A DNA stretch of 64,000 nucleotides from Candidatus Heteroclostridium caecigallinarum (lineage in GTDB: Bacteria; Bacillota; Clostridia; Christensenellales; CAG-314). The position numbers and the translations under genes were made by a program. The notes below the pieces were generated by a model that saw nothing but the letters and a program-made list of their open reading frames with translations, searched no databases and was not told where the DNA came from. The stretch covers positions 193,814 through 257,813 of the forward strand of contig CAJFSP010000001.1 in assembly GCA_904419725.1 (NCBI GenBank). Direction: 5' to 3'. This document shows, one piece after another, positions 62,099 to 64,000 of the stretch (position 1 is its first letter; each line of letters starts with the position of its first letter).

Positions 62099-63811
62099 TT
62101 ATTCGGTCACGTCATCAGTCGAAGTTGTTACCTGAGTAAACCAATCTGACGGCGGACCGCTAGGCGCTTCGGCAACAGGTGTGCCGCCGATTTCGGTGTA
62201 ATATTCATTAACATCAACCATGCCCGTTTCGTCAAAATCGAAAAGTTGCAGCTGATATACTCCGCCTTCGAAAACACAATTTTCAGCGGTATAATCATTA
62301 GTAGAAGAATAACCGACCGAGATCGCACACCAGACATTTTCAAACGCAACATCTTTAAGCATTACAGACGAATCACTCATTCTGCTGCCGCCTATTTGTA
62401 CGCCCCATCTGTAATTTGTTATGACGCAATTTTCAACATTAAGGGTTATCCCGGTGCCGTTAACATTGCCGCTCAATCTTATCGCCTGATAGTTAGAAGT
62501 GGCGGTCGCAACCAATTTTATTCCCTTAACAGTATATGTAACATTTTTGACGCTACCGCCACCGAATTCCACTGTGCCGTTAACAGTAACATCACCCATG
62601 CCGATTATAGTCGCCCCTACGGCATTGCTGAGTATAATATCGGTGTTATAAGTGCCTTCAAACAATGCGAGTATCGCGTTTTCAGTATCAGTCATCTCAG
62701 CGATTGCCTTGCCGATGTTAGTTGGCGTTGCCACGACAATTTTCGACGCCGTGTTGAACTGAGCGTCCGCCGTCCAGATATAACGTGTAAGCGCGCCCTC
62801 ATTGTTCACAAAAGGCATTGTCATGACTATCGCTTCCTGATTGAATGTTTCAGGAACTTTAACTTTGCCGCTGAGCGTGGTATATTCTACTTCTTCATCG
62901 CAGTATATCTGCAGCTGTTCGGCAAACGAGCAGTTTTCGTCAACGGTGAGCACCGTGGACGGAACAGCCCAGTTTCTGCCTACCACGTCGATATTGACGC
63001 CGCCCCAGCCGTTGCCGCTGGTAGTCACGTTGTTGAGCGTAACGACTGAGTCGTTGACAAGCACGCCCACGCCGTTGTTGTCAGAAGCGGTGATGTTCGA
63101 AACGACAACAGTGCCCGCCTGCGCGATGTTTATGCCGTGCGCGGTATCGCTTCCACCGTTGCCCATGGAAGCGGTTTTGCCGTTTTTGACGGTGAGATTG
63201 CTGATGTTGACGTCAGCGCCGTTGGTAACGGTGATTATGGAAGTTTTTCCGTGCGAAGTGCCGGCGGTAAATCCGTCCTCACTCTCCGGCTGCAAAATAA
63301 CGCCTTCTTCGCTTTCACCGATTATCGTCAGATTGCGGTCGATGTACACCTGGCTTGCCAGATTGTAAGTGCCGTTTTCCACGAAAATCGAACCGTTGGC
63401 GGTATCGGCAACAGCGGCAAGCAGTTCAGCCGCCGTATCGACCGTCACGTCGGCAGGGCTGACGTTTACCGTGCAGGTGGCGGTTTGCTCACCGGCGGCG
63501 GCGGTTATCGTGGCGGTGCCCGCCGAAACAGCCGTCACTGTAACGGTCGCCCCCTTATTGGCGCTGAGGCTTATCACGCCTGAGCCCTGGGCGTCAACCG
63601 TCCATGTGATTTCGTCGGTGCTGTCGCCGGGTTCGACAGTGGCTGTCAGCTGAGCGCTTGTCGCCTTGCTGCCTGTAACGACAAGTTCGACGCTTGAACT
63701 GTTAATCGAAATATCCGTCGCGGGCACGTTGTTGCCGCACGCGGCAAAAATTCCCAATGAAAAAATCATTGCCAACGCGAGCACAATGCCCAAGAATTTT
63801 TTAGATTTCAT
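62099..63811 (-). CDS. surface lipoprotein with a Big_2 Ig-like domain and two right-handed beta-helix modules
   Basis: The start is set at the ATG at 63811, behind the RBS GGAG. The signal is MKSKKFLGIVLALAMIFSLGIFAAC (lipobox). A Big_2-like segment follows (LTATVEPGDSTDEITWTV...VTAVSAGTATITA), then NosD/pectate-lyase-like rungs (ISNLTVKNG, VSNITASDNNGVGVLV, LNNVTTSGNGWGGVNI). Confidence 0.8.
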   Translation of the reverse strand: MKSKKFLGIVLALAMIFSLGIFAACGNNVPATDISINSSSVELVVTGSKATSAQLTATVEPGDSTDEITWTVDAQGSGVISLSANKGATVTVTAVSAGTATITAAAGEQTATCTVNVSPADVTVDTAAELLAAVADTANGSIFVENGTYNLASQVYIDRNLTIIGESEEGVILQPESEDGFTAGTSHGKTSIITVTNGADVNISNLTVKNGKTASMGNGGSDTAHGINIAQAGTVVVSNITASDNNGVGVLVNDSVVTLNNVTTSGNGWGGVNIDVVGRNWAVPSTVLTVDENCSFAEQLQIYCDEEVEYTTLSGKVKVPETFNQEAIVMTMPFVNNEGALTRYIWTADAQFNTASKIVVATPTNIGKAIAEMTDTENAILALFEGTYNTDIILSNAVGATIIGMGDVTVNGTVEFGGGSVKNVTYTVKGIKLVATATSNYQAIRLSGNVNGTGITLNVENCVITNYRWGVQIGGSRMSDSSVMLKDVAFENVWCAISVGYSSTNDYTAENCVFEGGVYQLQLFDFDETGMVDVNEYYTEIGGTPVAEAPSGPPSDWFTQVTTSTDDVTE

Positions 63812-64000
63812 TGTCTTTCTCCTTTTAAGAATATTACGTATCCACAAAACCCTCCGCGTAAAGACGGAATCCTGTGTAACGCAAGGTTATTTTACCCACC
63901 CCCCCTGTAAGATGTCAACAAAACTGAATAAGTTTGCGCGGCCCTTGTTTTTTGTGGGGCGGGTTATACACAAAAAGGCGCTGCCCCATTAACGGCGGCG

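Noticed and set aside
1-64000. CRISPR arrays, IS elements or transposases, integrases, prophage genes, rRNA operons, and toxin-antitoxin or restriction-modification genes
   Set aside because: Reading the ORF track and the intergenic regions on both strands gave no candidates. Exact long-repeat detection would need a computational scan.

Overview
The window looks like a chromosomal segment of a Gram-positive anaerobe. It is Clostridia-like, judged from the acetylase-branch DAP pathway, Spo0A_C, YtaF, SipW, NrdDG and a split MetH. GC is in the mid-50s % by eye and most genes are on the minus strand.

Most of the window is housekeeping:
- coaE and polA.
- A lysine-riboswitch-controlled lysA-dapF-dapA-dapB-dapH-lysC operon, with the two remaining acetylase-branch enzymes next to it.
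- nrdD-nrdG-dut behind NrdR boxes.
- A Y-family polymerase.
- metF, a MetH activation-domain protein and metH.
- An ACT/UPF0210 pair.
- A P-type ATPase, NhaC, PnuC, DegV, YbaK, an ECF sigma/anti-sigma pair and several transporters.
- Four isolated tRNA genes: Leu-CAA, Ser-GGA, Pro-CGG and Ser-CGA.

I found no CRISPR array, IS element, transposase, integrase or rRNA.

The standout is a roughly 9.5 kb accessory locus at 37555-47100.
- It contains two ER/archaeal-type (SipW-like) signal peptidases and a small TasA-like protein.
- It also contains a bitopic membrane protein with a TasA-like ectodomain, a 507-aa protein and a 1198-aa beta-helix protein.
- Three of these proteins share an N-terminal hydrophobic helix followed by T-F-[AS]-R-Y-[ST].
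- A SinR-like XRE regulator is transcribed divergently from the locus.
- A G12 homopolymer sits inside the locus.

I read the locus as a divergent, apparently undescribed SipW-dependent extracellular fibre/adhesin system.

Smaller oddities:
- A homopolymer frameshift in a nitroreductase gene.
- A deletion scar that fuses two gene remnants.
- A low-GC islet next to tRNA-Ser.
- An orphan Spo0A_C protein.
- A structured 470-bp intergenic region.
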